Source of the DNA: Anthoceros angustus
Taxonomy: Eukaryota > Plantae > Anthocerotophyta
NCBI GenBank assembly: GCA_010909165.1
Contig: VJWM01000116.1
Coordinates: 620,001-684,000 of the forward strand
DNA: 64,000 bases
Reading direction: 5' to 3'
The notes under the pieces are model-generated. The model did not search any database and was not told where the DNA came from. It worked only from the letters and a program-made list of their open reading frames with translations. The stretch's first letter is position 1. Each line of letters opens with the position of its first letter. Both the position numbers and the translations under genes were made by a program. Shown one piece after another: positions 1 to 13,281 of this stretch.

Positions 1-3000
1 GTCGCTTCATGGCGGCGTAAGTATGATTGCCTCCCAAGACTCATAATATACTTCTTTGCGGAACTTTTTCCGCCTAATGTTTTGATATCCTCGCATGGAT
101 GGGTCAATCATACAAAGCAAAGGCAGCACACCTTCTTCAATACGACCCTTGAGATGACGCGAGCTGTAGTTCGCCCAAGCCTCATCCACTTGACGAACCC
201 GAGCATCCGAGTTAGAACGGCGCTCAAATTCTCCGACTTCTGTCATTTACGGCACCACCTTCTTCGCATATGCGACTCCGACTTTCTGCAAATAATCCTC
301 ATGCATCATAGACGCCTTTTCTCCATCTGTTGAGACATGCAATGTTGGAATCTCATTGTCCCTTGGACGCTTGAACTTTTTCCGCTGCTGGCAACGCCCG
401 CCCGGACCTCAGTGCCCACCACCTTCCTCATCATGCATGCTTTTCCGCTTCTCATGGCCCCCGACGCCTTCCAGCAAGCCTGAGGCCGGCATGCCGGCGC
501 CCTCCACCCGCTCGCCGCATGCCGCGCCTCTCAGACATGAGGGCGCCGCATGCCGGCGCCCTCCTCCTCTACAAGAGGCGCGGCATGCCGGCGCCCTCCT
601 CCTCTCGGGAGGCGCGGCATGCCGCGCCTCCTCCTCTCGGGAGGCGCGGCATGCCGGCGCCTCCTCCTCACCATAGTCGAGGGCGCATGCCGCCTCCGCA
701 TCATCAGATCAGGCGCCGGCATGCCGCCCTCTTCCTCCTCACCATAGTCGAGGGCGCCGGCATGCCGCCCCGGCCCCCTCTTCCATGTAGCAGGGACTCC
801 TCCCATGGTGCTTGGATGGCGACGACCTTGGAAGGAATCCGTCAGCTGCGGCAAACCTCCCTCCATCACCCTCGCCTCCCCATCATCCTCTTCAAATGCC
901 TCCGCATCCGAATGACCCAGAACTGGAATAGGCCCATCCTCCTCATCGGAAGGTCCGAACTGCCTCATTGTCTTCTACTTCCGGTCGAGTTTGAAGTCCC
1001 TGTCTTGTCCTCCTCACATCTCTCGCTACCACTTGGTATTTCACGATACACTCGTGGTTGGAACAAGAACGATCGCAGGCCTTCTTCCATGTCCATGTCC
1101 GCTAGGGTCCTTTGTTCGCTTCTCCGGACCCTTCCATGTGTGCACTTCCAAGAAAGCGGAAGTCCTCTAGTTTTTCAAATCGCACATCTTTCACTTGCCG
1201 CATGCCGCGCCCTCCTCCTCACCATAGTCGAGGGCGCCGCATGCCGGCCCCACCCCACTTGTTACAACCAAACGAAGGAAATGGTGGGAGAGGCGCGCAT
1301 GCCGCCCGCCCCCACTCCAATGAGTCTTAAAACAAATGACACGTACCTTTCCATCGAACTGCTTGAAACCGTGCAATAACATCATCCGAAGAGTGCATTG
1401 GGTCGCTAACCATCTCGAAGGAGTCACATCCTAAGTGTTTCGCCATCGCCACTTGGATGACATGAAGTTTCTTTCTAGATCACCTCCTTGGACATACCAT
1501 TCGGTCTAGTAAACTGTCAAAACCTTTTCTCACACACTAATCAGCATTTTCGACCTGCCTCTCCGTGGAATTCCTTGAACCGCGCCATGGTTTCCTTGCA
1601 TCTCTTTGGGCTTAACAAAACGCTACGCCTTCACCTCTTCTCCAACTTTGCGTTTGCCCTTGCTCTTCTTGCTAGTACTGCAACATGTTTGGCCCGCGAA
1701 GTTCCATCGCCTCCCACTTGGTGAAGATCATCACGTTTTCCCACACCTTTCCCTCCAGTTTTGCTATGCATAGTATATGTGTCCGTTGTTGTCCACTTTG
1801 TTTTGCTTGTATTGCTCATCTTCCCGACCTTCGTCATCCTCTATCACAAGCACCTTGTATAAATTGAACTTCCGTTCATGCTCATTGTCACACCATCCCG
1901 CTTTGCAATCAAGTTCATCCACGAGGTATCCGACCGCTTCGATAAAGTTCATCTTTTTCCTCTTGTCCGACATTGTGTTGTGGTCGTTGCAACTCGCATC
2001 TCTGTAGAGTTAGCCCGCAATAGACATGGGCCTCCATCCATTGGAACCTTGCCTTCCGGTGATATATCCGCAAGCCGCTTCATGGCGGCGTAAGTATGAT
2101 TGCCTCCCAAGACTTCATAATATACTTCTTTGCGGAACTTTTTCCGTCTAATGTTTTGATATCCCCGCAATGGATGGGTCAATCATACAAAGCAAAGGCA
2201 GCACACCTTCTTCAATACGACCTTCGAGATGACGCGAGCCCAAGCCTCATCCACTTGACGAACCCGAGCATCCGAGTTAGAAACGCCTCAAATTCTCGAA
2301 GTAATCGCTTCGCACCACCTTCTTCGCATGCAACTCACGACTTTCTGCAAATAATCCTCATGCATCATAGACGCTTCCAGTCTTTCTCCATCTGTTGAGA
2401 CATGCAATGTTGGAATCTCATTGTCCTTGGACGCTTGAACTTTTTCCCGCTGCTCAACGTTCCGCACTCCGGGACCAGTGCCCACCACCTTCCTCATCAT
2501 GCATGCTTTTCCGCTTCTCATGGCCCCCGACGCCTTCCAACCGCAAGCCTGAGCGGGCGCAGATGCCGCGCCCTCCTCCACTCCGGCGCATGCCGCGCCT
2601 CCTCCCCATGCTCAGACATGAGGGCGCATGCCTCCCTCCTCCTCTACATGCAAGAGGGCGCGCGCCTTCATCCACCCCTCTCGGGAGGCGCGGCATGCCG
2701 CGCCTCGCCGCGCTCTCGGCCGCATGCCGCCCCTCCGAGAGCCGCATGCCGGCGCCTCCTCCTCCGCATCAGACAGCGCTGCCGGCCCTCTTCCTCCTCA
2801 CCATAGTCGAGGGCGCCGCATGCCGGCCCCCGGCCGCCCCTCTTCCATGTAGCAGGGACTCCTCCCATGGTGCTTGGATGGCGACGACCTTGGAAGGAAT
2901 CCGTAGCCGCAGAAACCTCCCTCCATCACCCTCGCCTCCCATCATCCTCTTCAAATGCCTCCGCATCCGAATGACCCAGAACTCCGGAATAGGCCCATCC

Positions 3001-3088
3001 TCCTCATCGGAAGGTCCGAACTGCCTCATTGTCTTCTACTTCCAAAGTTTGGAAGTCCCTGTCTTGTCCTCCTCGGTGACATCTCTCG
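1..3088. repeat. About 2.06-kb tandem duplication inside the copy A cargo gene
   Basis: 1-1025 matches about 2070-3088. The junction carries the 10-bp shared sequence ACATCTCTCG (1016-1025 and 3079-3088). Confidence 0.85.
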
Positions 3089-3930
3089 ATGACGGATAAT
3101 GGAGCTCGTAATCACCTCACACAAGCACCAGAAATGTTCTCTCACTGTCCATCACAGGCAAGCACACCGTTAGTCGCATCAATGCAATCAACGCGGTGGC
3201 GAATGCTCGAATTAAGAAGTGTACTCACATTCTCAGCTCAACGCTCGAAAAGTCTTGGACAACTCCTTTGGCTCACATTTCTTCCTGTGCAAACATGCCA
3301 CTTTCAACAGACACAGTGTAATCATCGATGCGAATGCGTCCACTTCATAAGGCCTTGAAGTGCAAAGAATCCAGATTACGGGTCTCGCGCCCTCCATCCA
3401 AAGTTGCCCAGGACCCATCCCCTTGCTCTGGTTTGCGGTGCACCGTTGAACCCAAAACCCAAAGCTTGACATCGGCGTCCATAGCAGTTTCTTCATCCTC
3501 CTGTTTGTGTCAACAACCATTCCTGCTGCAGAAGCATAGTGTCCTCAAGCTGGTTCATGTGCCTCTGCAGCTGCACAGTCTCCTCATACGAGTATGGGGA
3601 GGGAATTGGATCTGGATTTCCCACCCTCAATCCTTTGGACAAGCCAGACTTCTCTCCACCACCAACCGTCTTTGTGGTGCTTGCCTTGTTGAGTGACCCG
3701 GACTTTATGCCCCTTCCGTTCCACCTCCACCTTGCTCAAGGTTGGAAAGCATGTCCAGCCCGGCGATCGGTATCGGCGGGAGGATCGTGGTTCTCGATTT
3801 CGCCTCCTTCTTGCTTTTAGATTTCTTCCTCCGCTTCTCCAACAAGTCTCCGTGGTTAGGCCACCTCGGAGGTCCTTCTTCATGCGGCGTCGCCGCCATC
3901 GTCTGTAGCACCCGCATAGGCATCAAACAC
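1..3930 (-). pseudogene. ParB/Srx-MTase fusion gene of copy A (N-terminal and ParB parts; MTase core not in window), frameshifted and internally duplicated
   Basis: EVLGGNHTYAAMKRLADISP at 2081-2116 and again near 7-40. RVRQVDEAW and GRIEEGVLPLLCMIDP present. Conserved GAAAG|GT donor at 1346. LEVHTWKG region near 1130-1150 matches copies B and C. Confidence 0.75.
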
Positions 3931-4999
3931 GCTCAATCCGGATTAGGCAAGCACCAATTCTATTTCGGACAAGGAATTTCTCACTGTCGTCCTCGGAAAG
4001 GATGGAGAGTGGCGCAGGGTCTGACGGCAAATTGTTGGGAAAACCACGCGCCTCGCTTGAATCGCAGACGCTCCGCGTTGGAAGAGCTCGTTACCACTGC
4101 TTGCAGCTCGGACCAGAAGAAGGACTCCACCGTTCGGGTTTATAAGGAGGCAGAAACCCCACTACCACCAGAATAAACGCTACCGTAACGAGGTCCGAGT
4201 TATTGTCCTTATCGCTATGTATGGAGGAACAAGGACCGAATATGGTGTGGCTTCGTTCTTTTAACCCATACCCAACATACCACACACCGCGCTGGCGTCC
4301 TTCGCATTGTCGATTGCACATCATTTTGCAAGGTAGTGTGACTGAACTACGTGTTTGTTTATCTACGCTGCATGCGGGCAAGCCTAATATGCAATTGGGT
4401 AAGTAAGAAAGCGTTTTTCATAACGTTCCAGATACCCTTTTTTTCCTGCCGCCGCTATTGATGGCTACCGGCCGTTCATTTTAACTGTATGGTAGCTGGC
4501 ATATGCGGCTGGCAGCATAGTAGCATAATAGCACCGCCCTCCATTACTCAAATCTATTTAGGATTTGGCAATCAAGTGATTTGTCCTCCACGGCTTCCCG
4601 CCTCCTCCGGGTCAAGTCATGTACCACACACCACCACCTTTTATCACACTTGTCGCGGTAGCCGTCGTAACCTTGAGCTACGAGTCCAACACAATGCTCC
4701 AGTTCACACACTCAAGACGCGATGGGTTTCCGTGTTATGTGCCCTTTCATTCCTTGACCGATACCAACGATTGCTATGTCATTGTAATGTAGATGTGCGG
4801 TCAAGAAGCGGACGAAGATTTCGGGCAAAATCAAGATGTTTCAGCCCAAAGAGTACGATCCTCAAGTGAAGGCAAGCGCTACTGGCCCTCCGCCTCGCCA
4901 GTAAATGCAAAGTCCTTGCCACTCTCCGCCACAAAGTATGTATTCTTTGGCCGATAGCTGAGTCGTCGAGTCTGCCTCGCCTCATACTCATTGGCATAG

Positions 5000-7900
5000 G
5001 TTTGTGTTAGTGGCTCGATCCTGTGATGTGCGTGTTGCAGTCCAGGTGGAGAAGAACTCACTCAGCCTCCTCGTATGCCCAGCTATGTTCCCCGACTTCT
5101 GTGAACCCGAACCTCTACTCGCCATAGATAGAAGCCCGTCTGGAAGGAGGAAAAGTTGGTGTGCATGGTGGTGTGGCGATGCCGAGGGATTGTTCACTAC
5201 TATTTCCAAAGATCAAGATGCGGGACGCCAATGCAGATGAGGACAATGTCTTCAGACACCCCAACCATTGAGAAGTTTGGACGGGCGCCACTTACTTTCC
5301 ATCCAAGCCTTTGGCCGATACCTTCATTTAGCACGATGTGGGCTGCAGTGGGAGCCGGCCGTGTGTCTTTGAGGAAAAGTGAAGGCGATTCCGTGGGAGA
5401 GGATTTCAAAGCCTTGTTGCAACAAATTGTGCATCCGCAAGTTCACAAAAGAAGCTTTTCATGAGCAACGGTACAGTTTCGAGAATGGGCAGACCCGAGC
5501 AAGAGACATTGCACAGCGGCCCGACGGTGTGCCACAACAAGGGATGTGGTTTTCACTCACCTCATGGGTCGATTCCTATGCAATGTTGTTTGAAAGCCTT
5601 CCGACGTGTATACTATAGGGTCCGCAAGGTACGAGGAGTTGAAGCGGAGGGTTATTCAACGCACCATGGGACGCTAATAAGGCCAGCCTCGTGTACAATC
5701 CTCCCATGCTTTGGCTGCAATTGCACGGATGGATGCGACTTTCCTTCACTTGGCCGAGCCGAATGTGGAGGTATACACCCCACCGACACTTTCACGAAGC
5801 ATGAGGTTTGGATACAATACAGAGTGGAATGGAGTCAAAAGGTGAACGCTTTGTGTCGTATGCATATTTCTGGGGGGTCAATTTCAAGCGGGTGAAGATA
5901 CCCAAGTCAAACAGATTCTCGACTTGTTCCATATGCTGTCAAGTTCAACATACGGATAATCATACCGGAGTTGACCAAGGTAGGCCTCCTCCCGCCTATT
6001 GTGTCACAGATGCATGGCATAAAAACATGTGGAGTAATGGAGGAGTTAGCAATGGCGCGGGCGCCAAGGGCCGGCGCCCTCGCTTGTGCCTGAGAGGCGG
6101 CCATGGCGGCGCATGCACTCATCGAGGGCGCCGCATGCCGGCGCCCAAATGTGGAGTGCACGATAGGCATGGCTGGCCCTAAAGCGTGAACTACGGTGCT
6201 TTGTTGTGCAGATGAGGAAGCTTGCGCCCGCCTTTGCACTTCGGCAGCTCGCATGCCCGCCCTCAACCTACTTATAAGGTTCACTCCCATGGAGGGGGGG
6301 CATGTTGGCGGCCGTGGTCCGGAAATGCATGGGTTGGGTTCTTGCCGTAACATTAACTTCGCAGGAGTGTCGATTGTATGCAAACTGTCACTATGCATTT
6401 GGACTGGAATAATAGGCAGTATGCGTATGTCCTAGTTTCGATCTCGCTTCAATGCACGACACTCGCCTTCCCAAATAGCTCTCGTATGCAAAGTTATTGA
6501 ATTTCGGTGCCCACAAGTCGACAATGGTGTTCCATGACATACGCTATGTATCAAGAGGCACTCAACAAGCATCGGATACGATTGATGGAGGAACGGAAGA
6601 AGTTAAGCATCAAGTCGTACAAGGAGCCGTAAATATATGTTGTTATCTATCGACGCATGGACCAAAAACTTCTCCGCATATTTTGCGGTGGCCAAAGGAC
6701 TTGAAGGAGGATAGTCGGATCACGGTGCATGTTGTTGGATGCATGATACATAATTACACGCTCGAGGCGGGCGATTCGCATTATGCCAATCTCGTGAATG
6801 ATGCAAATTTAACAATAACTATTATCCGTGACGTTATACACACGTATGAAGGATACTTCCCAAAGTCTTATACCGCATGGACAATACATGCCGAGAGAAC
6901 AAGAACCAGCTTCTATTTGCGATTGAACATGCTCGTTGAACTCGGACGCTCGAGAAGGTGAAGGTTGGATTCCTCCTCGTGGGGCATACGCACCAAGTGG
7001 ATCAAATGTTTTCATGTTTTCTAAGCATTTAAAACATAAGGAGGCCGAGGACATTGCCAACTATGGAGGACATATTGAAGTCCTCGCTCACGCCGAATCC
7101 GAGGTGAAAGTGTTGAGGTGGGCGACTTCCGGACATACGTATGGCCATTACGTTAGTGAACGGCGGAAGTATACCGCGGTTCGAAGTTGAACAACCTTTC
7201 ATTTCAGCACCAGTTCAAAATCACCATGAGGACAAAGTTGGGCGGGAAAGGTTACCGTTATTCGTAGAAGCAATACTCCACTTCCCCTTGTGGGAATCAA
7301 GATGGGCTCAATTCTTGACTTTTGTTCCAGACATCATTATCGGGCCCGCTCCTTTGATGGCGGCGGGCGAAGGACAAGAAAGCTAGTGATGGTGGTTTGA
7401 CCGAGAAGGCGTAGATCACTTGAAAAAGGATCGTGAAGCGCCAACATATTTGACTGTGGAGGAAGAATGGTGGATGGATTTGAATGATCAACACGAAATC
7501 GCAAATATTGTGGATCATAACATTGGGCTTGTTCTCGCAAAACCCCGGAGATGGTACGATAGGGCTGCCACCAGTCCCCTTTGCACATACCTAAGAAGTC
7601 ATCGACTCTTTGCGTGACATACCACAGTGGACATGTATCTAGGGGCCTACCAAACTATTGAACGCCAAGAAGAGGTGGCAAGAAGGATGGATGGCGATAT
7701 TATGGAGATACAGAAAGGAATGTTTATTGTGACACCGTGCGAGGGTGACACACACAATAGGGCGCCTGGTAGCGAAGGTTGTAAGTGTGCACCTTGGGGC
7801 CATGAACCGTATTGCTTGTGCACCGTGGCGAATCGAGCACACGGATGCTTATGAGGGCAAGTATGTTGGAGAATTTTTCAAAGGATCGACAATGGACCAC

Positions 7901-8153
7901 CAAAAGGTCGAAAGGGAAAGGGCCCCAACATCCAAAAGGTTTTGTGCGAAAACCATTATTATATACTACGGGTTTCACTCACTTCAGAAACATCTCAGAC
8001 GCAGCAGATAAGAAAGCTATAAAGGAAAAGTTGAGTGCCCGTCCTCACATTCAACCAAACACTTCGGATGAGGCAATGGAGAGTGATGAAGATGGAGATG
8101 AGGCCTGTGGACGGGACGAGGGTCTCGATTCAAAGAGTAATGACATGTGCTAA
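5000..8153 (+). pseudogene. Sola-like (DUF7869-type) DDD transposase of copy A, frameshifted, with intron
   Basis: CCNKLC; VKIPKSNRFSTCSIC (about 5893-5937); ID(G)MDQK (about 6648-6668); DNTCRENKNQ (6880-6909); KVGFLLVGHTH..DQMFS (6961-7014); C-terminal VAKVV..EHTDAYEGKY. GACCAAG|GT donor near 5979 is shared with copy C. Confidence 0.75.
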
Positions 8154-8844
8154 ATCGAAATAACAAGGGAACCTTATGTTTATCCCTAATTTCTCTTCAT
8201 GGCATAGGGTTTGAAAGTCGGACACCGAGTTGTGCATAAGTTTCATGTTCTTGTCATACATTGTTTTTAAGACATGCAGACCACCATGCCGTCGATGAGT
8301 ACATCTTAAATGTCACCTTGTAGCCTACCATGTTTTGTCATGCAATACACCGCAATACATTTCATGATTACACAATTGCACTAGTCATAACATTTGCCGT
8401 TATAAGAATCGTGACGGACATGGACGCTTGTGCTCCACTTTCCACCCTCTAGACGCCATATGCTCCCATCATGTTCGTTTCCGCCATCACGATGCATATA
8501 TCCGTTTCATGCGCGCCGTCAGAGAGCTCGGCATGCGCGCCCCATGCCACACCCAACAATCGCCGCATACATTTTGGGCCGATATGACAACCTCTACAAA
8601 ACCCATACCATAGTTGTCTCCATGTGTCTCCATGTGATTTTAAATGCTGATTTGTTTGGCCACAATGATTGCAACACAAGCCACCAAACTCGAACATTTT
8701 TTTCCCCAATGAGGGGAGAGAACATGGGTACTTTTCTACAAACGCATGATAAGCCGGAGAGCACCGCTTCCAATCAGATGGCACAACCGTCGGGATCTTC
8801 ACCCTTATTTTCGCCGTCACCGCCTAATCCCAAACATGCCGTTT

Positions 8845-11800
8845 AATAACCATCTTAAACCCGGATCCACGATATAGACTGCAATCATGCGTATATTCAA
8901 CCGCTTCAAATATTATATTGCCTCACCGAATTCGAGATGCGATATGCGAAGAAGGTGGTCCAGACCCGGCCGGTAAAAGTGGAGAATCGCTCGCCTCTTA
9001 TCTAACCCGGATGCGCAGAGTGTGTGTGGATGAAGCGTGGACTAATTATCCGCTCGCGTGATTGGAAAGGGCCGAGTTGAGGAGGGCGTATTGCCCTTTT
9101 GTGTGATTGATCCCAAGGAGTGTGATGATCTAGAGGACTGGACCGAAAAATTCAGGCAAAGAAATACATCATGGGTGTGTTAGGGAACCACACATTTGCG
9201 GCAATGCAACATTTGGCGGACATATCACCAAAGGAAAGAGCGTTTCAAATGGATAGAGGCACATGTCTATTGTGGGCGACCACTGTGAAATGAGGGTTTT
9301 GGCGATCGATCACAATACAATGTCTCGATAAACGAAGATGTCATTCATAGAGCAAGTAAGATATCTCTAGATGAACGCTTATAGCCAAGGGATGGCGTGC
9401 ATATGTCCATGAATTGGAAGTTCAACGTATAAGGTATTGGGTCTTATCAAGATGATGAAGGAAGGGAAGATGATGCCTACAAAGCGAACAAGGTTGACAA
9501 CAGGATTTACATCTTGTGCATAGCGAAGTTGGAAGGAAGGGTATGGGAGAATGTGGACAAAATTTTTGCAAAGTGGGAGGCTTGTGACTAATGTAAGAAA
9601 CATGTGGCAGGATTGAGCAAAAGAGCAAAGGCAAACGGAAAAAATGAAGAAACAAGTTGAGGGTATATTGGTGAAGCCCAAGGAGATGCGATAAAGCCAT
9701 GGCGTTGCTTTCAAGGTTCCTTCTAGGGAGAGCGGGCAGCAATGTTTATTAGTGCCAGAAAGTTCTCACCGGCCTTATGGATTTGAAGGAATGTCGGATG
9801 AAATTATATTGCGAAGAAATTGCATATCATCCAAGTGGCCATGGCGAAGCACTTAGGATGTTCATCTTTTGAGATGGTGAGGCAAGAGTACCCACAACAT
9901 TCCACCGACGTAGTCGCTGTTCCGTGCTCGCCGAGGGAAAGGTATGTTATCATACTCTCTTGTTTCTTAGAACTTTATAGTGCAGGCGGGAGGAGGAGGC
10001 AGGCATGCGCCCTCCTTCCTCACTCCCTCATGTTTAATCGCTTAGTGGCCGGCATGCGGCGCCTGCAGGGGGCATCCCTCACGAGGAGGGGGGCCGGCAT
10101 GTGGCGCCCCCCCCTGATGCCCAGGGTAAGTGGAGGCGCCAGGCCTCTGACTAATATTGACAAGCATCTGTTTTGTGCAGCAACAAAAGACATTGAAGTC
10201 CTTACCAAGTGCCGAAAACTTTCAGCGGTTCATTTATGAGGTCAACACTTGGAAGGGCTTGAGGATGGATGGGCGAGAGCTCATGAGAGACATAGAAGAG
10301 GATTGTTGCACCACGTCCCTACCGGAGAAAAAGTACAGACGATTCATGCTCGAGATGCGGATATGCGAGGTTTTGTGAGGAAGAGGAGTTACTCTTTGCT
10401 TGTGATGGATGTCCACGTGGATTCGAGAAGGGCCCAAAGGATGGAAGGTTTGATATTTGGCAAGTGGGTAATGTTTTGCATTCCTTCCATGACTTGACGA
10501 ATGCAGTCAGGATGATCATAATGCATGGTGTGGAAGATTCACATATTGTGCGGAGCCTATGAAGTGGTGCGGAGGGTGGTCTTGTTTCATTTGTGTGGAC
10601 AAGACAAATGTCAACAACGACAAGGGTGGGTTTGATACGGTGGAGTATGTCACCGGGTAAGAAAAGCTCCGAGTCTATGTCATGTTACCTAATGTGGCAC
10701 TTTCAATAATGGTCGGTGATTGCCCACCATACTTGTGCGGTTTATCATTCACTTGACAAACTTAGTCTACCTACCGCCTTTAGGTTTGATGATGAAGCTT
10801 ATCAAGACATTCTCCAAGGAAGGGATGGATATTGGATGCATGTGCGTAGTGGGTCATCTTTAATGTGCCTTGTTGTGGCGAAATTGTATTTCTATCGAGG
10901 CGGACAGAGGTGTCAATTCATTCCAGCGTGTACATGGATATAATCTTGCGGAGGAGGCGACACATGAGCCGCATCGTCGGTGGTCCATCTCAGTGCAGGC
11001 CAAGGAGGTTTGCGTCGTGAAGGATATTGGGAAGGCTCAAATTGTGCCTCTAGGGTGAGCGAATGAAAGAAAGGTGGAGACCACATCGATGAGGGAACAG
11101 CAGACACTAGAGGGGCACACAGCCTCCCGAAGTTAATGAGGAAGGAAGGGTATGGGAGAATGTGGACAAAATTTTTGCAAAGTGGGAGGCTTGTGACTTG
11201 CAAGAAGAAACATGTGGCAGGGATTGAGCAAAAGAGCAAAGGCAAGCGGAAGCGTGGAAGAAACGAAACAAGTTGAGGTATATTGGTGAAGCCCAAGGAG
11301 ATGCGTATAAAGCCATGGCGTTGCTTTCAAGGTATTCTGCGGGAGAGCGGGCAACAAATGCTTATTAGTGCCACGAGAAAGTTCTCACCGGCCTTATGGA
11401 TTTGAAGGAATGTCGATGAAATTATATTGCGAAGAAATTGCATATCATCCAAGTGGCCATGGCGAAGCACTTAGGATGTTCATCTTTTGAGATGGTGAGG
11501 CAAGAGTACCCACAACATTCCACCGACGAAGTCGCTGTGTTCATCGCTTTGAGGGAAAGGTATGTTATCATACTCTCTAGTTTCTTAGAACTTTATATGA
11601 GTGGCGGGAGGAGGAGGGCGGCATGCGCGCCTCCTCCTTCCTCACTCCCTCCGCCGCATGCCGGCGCCCCTGCCGGTTTGAGGGCCGATGCCTCACGCCC
11701 CGTAGGTTTGGAGGCAGATGGGCGCCTCACCCCCTCAGGTGTGAGGAGGCGCAGATGCGCTAATATTGACAAGCATCCTGTTTGTGCAGCAACAAAGACA

Positions 11801-12880
11801 TTGAAGTCCTTACCAAGTGCCCGAAAACTTTCAGCAGTTCATTTATGAGGTCAACACTTGGAAGGGCTTGAGGATGAGCACGAGAGCTCGCAGATAGAGA
11901 CATAGAAGAGGATTGTTGCACCAGTCCCTACCGGGAGAAAAACAGTCAGACGATTCATGCTCGAGATGTCGGGATATGCGAGGTTTTGTGAGGAAGAGGA
12001 GTTACTCTTTGCTTGTGATGGATGTCCACGTGGATTCGAGAAGGGCCCAAAGGATGGAAGGTTTGATATTTGGCAAGTGGTAATGTTTTGCATTCCTTCC
12101 ATGACTTGACGAATGCAGCGATTCAGGATGATCATAATGCATGGTGTGGAAGATTCACATATTGTGCGGAGCCTATGCGGAAGTGGTGCGGAGGGTGGTC
12201 TTGTTTCATTTGTGTGGGACAAGACAAATGTCAACAACGACAAGGGTGGGTTTGATACGGTGGAGTATGTCACGGGTAAATAAGAAAAGCTCGAGTTGCC
12301 GTCATGTTATGTTACCTAATGTTTTGGCACTTTCAATAATGGTCTTGGTGATTGCCCACCATATTGTGAAAAGTGGTTTATCATTCACTTGACAAACTTG
12401 TTGTTGTCCCTACCAGCCTTTAGGTTTGATGATGAAGCTTATCAAGACATTCTCCAAGGAAGGGACGGATATTGGATGCATGTGCGTAGTGGGTCATCTT
12501 TAATGGTCGCCTTGTTGTTGCCGAAATTGTATTTCTATCGAGGAGACAAGAGGTGTGCGTAATTCATTCCACGCTGCGGTACATGGATAAGCATCACGGA
12601 TGCGGAGGAGGAGCCGATGAGCCGCATCGCCGTGGTCCATCTCACCTGGGCCAAGGAGGTTTGCGCGCCGAGAAGGATATTGGGAAGGCTCAAATTGTGC
12701 CTCTAGGGTCGAAGCGAATGAAAGAAAGGACTGGAGACCCTATCGATGAGGGGCAACAGACACAAGAGGTCAGATGGCACACCGGGTTGACGGAAGGAAG
12801 ACGACGACGCCCAATGATGGTCGTTGACTCTTTCGGAGAGATGATGAAGAACGTCCGAGAACGCCACCGTAGTTCCCGAT
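8845..12880 (+). pseudogene. ParB/Srx + beta-class N4C/N6A DNA methyltransferase gene of copy B, MTase half duplicated
   Basis: G(G)NHTFAAM near 9180. Introns 9942-10180 and 11560-11789. MDV(P)RGFEKGP at 10405 and 12018. CPYQ.PLGLMMKLIKTFSKEG.WILDAC..SG at about 10770-10860 and 12410-12500. RNCISIEAD follows. Confidence 0.8.
9531..12800. repeat. About 1.61-kb tandem duplication of the MTase half of copy B
   Basis: 9531-11139 is repeated from 11140. GGAAGGAAG is shared at 9531, 11140 and 12792. Confidence 0.85.
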
Positions 12881-13281
12881 AGTGAAGCCGTGTGCGCTTG
12901 AATCTTCGCATGAACTTCCTTAGGTGGCTAGAACGTTTTCTGCCGTAATCATGTCGTATGGGCCGTTGTCTTTGGAGTGGATGACACGCCGGATCTTCTA
13001 GTAGCAAGTTGTTCTCTCCGCCATGAGGCCGCTTTTGAATACATCCGAGCAACGACTCTACTTATAATCGAGCATTGCCGCTGTCCGCAAGCATCCCCGC
13101 ACCTTGGCACCTTCATTGCACTTGACACGAATTCAAATCTCAATCACAATGATTGCTTGCACGGCGCATGTGTCAAGAGACGTGTTTGGAGTGAATTAGT
13201 AACTGTATGAAAAGTACCAAGTGGCGGCAATTTTTCCATAACCGGCGTACATTATTCCGCCGGTATGAATATTATCGTGTT

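Larger units (their letters stand above)
1..8400. mobile_element. Partial copy A of Sola-like transposon carrying a ParB-methyltransferase gene (cargo on -, transposase on +)
   Basis: Same divergent two-gene layout as the complete copy C, in opposite orientation. Peptides homologous to C throughout (PIPSPY.EETV, KKCEP, IP..HVSTD.ERL, VLGGNHTY, VKIPKSNRFS, GHTH). No terminus is visible, so the right boundary is approximate. Confidence 0.75.
8845..13281 (+). mobile_element. Partial copy B of the ParB-MTase transposon (cargo gene plus right end)
   Basis: ParB-MTase homology from about 8845. 13252-13281 aligns with the right TIR of copy C (about 23 of 30 positions) and abuts a Copia RNase H exactly at its ARTK motif. 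Confidence 0.65.

Noticed and set aside
519-1379. Long Pro/Arg/Ala-rich ORFs here and at 2395-3099 and 28027-28479
   Set aside because: These are open frames in GC-rich palindromic repeats, antisense to or inside introns of the cargo gene.
8891-8922. Possible right TIR of copy A (about 20/32 match to the C TIR), which would nest A inside B
   Set aside because: The segment also reads as garbled ParB-gene coding (..STD..AIM....LTRIRD), and the terminal bases do not match.
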